In this document: positions 27,990 to 29,378 of the stretch, one piece after another
Layout of the letters: each line of letters opens with the position of its first letter
Position numbering within the stretch: the first letter of the stretch is position 1
Source of the DNA: Candidatus Bathyarchaeota archaeon
GTDB lineage: Archaea; Thermoproteota; Bathyarchaeia; Bathyarchaeales; Bathycorpusculaceae
NCBI GenBank assembly: GCA_963775685.1
Contig: CAVZJV010000010.1
Location: forward strand, 1-29,378
Reading direction: 5' to 3'
DNA: 29,378 nucleotides
Notes under the pieces: generated by a model
Seen by the model: the letters and a program-made list of their open reading frames with translations, nothing else
The model's database searches: none
Told to the model about the DNA's origin: nothing
Program-made: the position numbers and the translations under genes

Positions 27990-28003
27990 TGGGGTAGAAA
28001 AAT

Positions 28004-28210
28004 ATGGATAGTGTGAAATTACGACTTATCTTAATGGGCTGCATACTTACCGTGATAGGTGTTATCCTGATTATAGCAAGGGGTCTCTCAGCACCTTTGG
28101 TTGGAATACTCGTAATAGGAATATTATTAGCCACAGTTGGAGTTGTTTGGAAGCCGCGGAAAAAAGAAAACAACGTCCAAAGTGACAGCATTCAATCAGA
28201 TTTACGATAG
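28004..28210 (+). CDS. Small two-TM membrane protein in the ABC operon
   Basis: Two hydrophobic helices and a basic tail; starts 14 nt after the permease. Confidence 0.75.
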   Translation: MDSVKLRLILMGCILTVIGVILIIARGLSAPLVGILVIGILLATVGVVWKPRKKENNVQSDSIQSDLR

Positions 28211-28400
28211 GATTCATACCCGTTTGCAGATTAGTCGAACCTGGTAGGTCCATTGAGCTAAAAGTTCATGGCTCATAATTTGAACATAGGTATCCAGTCG
28301 CTCAATCTGCTAGGCGATTTTGAAAGATGGATATTTTTATTGCTTACAAAAGATCTAAGAATTATTAAGGCTTTAAGTGTTGTAACGCTTTTATTCTATC

Positions 28401-29291
28401 ATGAAAAAGCGTCTGCAGACAATTTTGTTCTTCCTTTGGCTTGACCTGAAGAGAATTATGTTCAGAACAAAATTTTACGCAGAAGTTGATGTAACGGACA
28501 ATTGTAACCTTAGATGCAAACACTGTTATCATTTTAACGGTAAAGAAGACCTTAAAACACAAGAGCTGCATATTTCTGTTTGGAAAAAAAGATTTACCGA
28601 GCTCTACAAATCTGGAATTAGAGCAGTCTTATTGGTGGGCGGTGAACCAGCACTCAGGACGGACGTTTTGATGCTCGCTGATAAAATATTCCCACTAGTC
28701 TACGTTATAACAAATGGAACTATTAGAATACCTGAAAAATTTAATCACAGATTATTCGTTTCTTTAGATGGGTTATCAAAAACAAACGACGCAATCCGAG
28801 GGTATGACGTTTTTTCTAAAGTTATGAAAAACTATTCGGAAGATAAACGCGTAATTATTAATATGACTCTTACAAAAAGCAACTATAGTGAGCTGGAAGA
28901 TATCACACGAATTGCGGAAAAAAACGGGTTTGAAGGTGTAGTTTGCAATATTTGTGCGGGTGGAACCGATCGCGGTTCATCCATGGTTATAAGTAAAAAA
29001 GAAAGAGGCGCTCTGATAGAAGAAATGAAGAGAGTCAAGGCTTTATCCCATAGGTGTTTTCTAATGACAGATGCGATGATAAAATGGTATGAATTTCCGG
29101 ATCATCGAGACTTCTGTCCATGGGGAGATGGGGCTCTTCATTTAGACGTTTCATGGAACAAAAGAAGATGCTTCGGGAATAATCCTGACTGTTCAAATTG
29201 CGGTTGTCTTGCAGGGTCTTTTCAATCTCCCCTAAAAATGATGAGGAGTCTTAGAAAAATGATGCAGATAGTGTATGTCCATGGGAATTAG
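28401..29291 (+). CDS. Radical SAM protein with a Cys-rich C-terminal region
   Basis: CNLRCKHC, GGEPALR, ITNGT, VSLDG, and C-terminal FCPW...RCFGNNPDCSNCGC. Confidence 0.92.
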   Translation: MKKRLQTILFFLWLDLKRIMFRTKFYAEVDVTDNCNLRCKHCYHFNGKEDLKTQELHISVWKKRFTELYKSGIRAVLLVGGEPALRTDVLMLADKIFPLVYVITNGTIRIPEKFNHRLFVSLDGLSKTNDAIRGYDVFSKVMKNYSEDKRVIINMTLTKSNYSELEDITRIAEKNGFEGVVCNICAGGTDRGSSMVISKKERGALIEEMKRVKALSHRCFLMTDAMIKWYEFPDHRDFCPWGDGALHLDVSWNKRRCFGNNPDCSNCGCLAGSFQSPLKMMRSLRKMMQIVYVHGN

Positions 29292-29378
29292 GCGCGGTTG
29301 AATTGAAGAATGGTTTTGAAACGCTAAATAATATTGTTAAAAGTAGTGAGAATTTTGGATCCTGGGCATCTACTCAGG

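Overview
Archaeal genomic DNA that resembles Bathyarchaeia, judged from its gene families, GGAGG/GGTGA ribosome-binding sites and an intronless tRNA-Ala(CGC). The first ~750 bp are an unrelated high-GC, bacterial-type CoA-transferase fragment, probably a chimeric junction. The last 23 nt of tRNA-Ala (1553-1575) recur exactly at 17261-17283, delimiting a ~15.7 kb island in which I find no integrase. The island holds a radical SAM gene, two paralogous wHTH-regulator/small-protein/membrane-protein/flavodoxin modules, a truncated cpo, a decayed phosphatase, a cupin, zinc-finger proteins and a large PQQ-type beta-propeller surface protein. The most unusual signal is a family of intergenic GAACCC-N4-GGGTTC palindromes, often joined to tRNA 3'-end-like sequence. 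IS1182-like termini, including a 129-bp MITE with a 4-bp target duplication, sit at the palindrome centre. The right half has a CinA-like gene, an eL22-like protein, a PEF-CTERM-like surface protein, an ArsR gene with a Met/Gly-rich secreted protein, small RHH and zinc proteins (one Cren7-like), an ABC-2 transporter and a radical SAM gene. Many single-base frameshifts suggest uncorrected long-read errors. All family calls are by eye; no searches were run.
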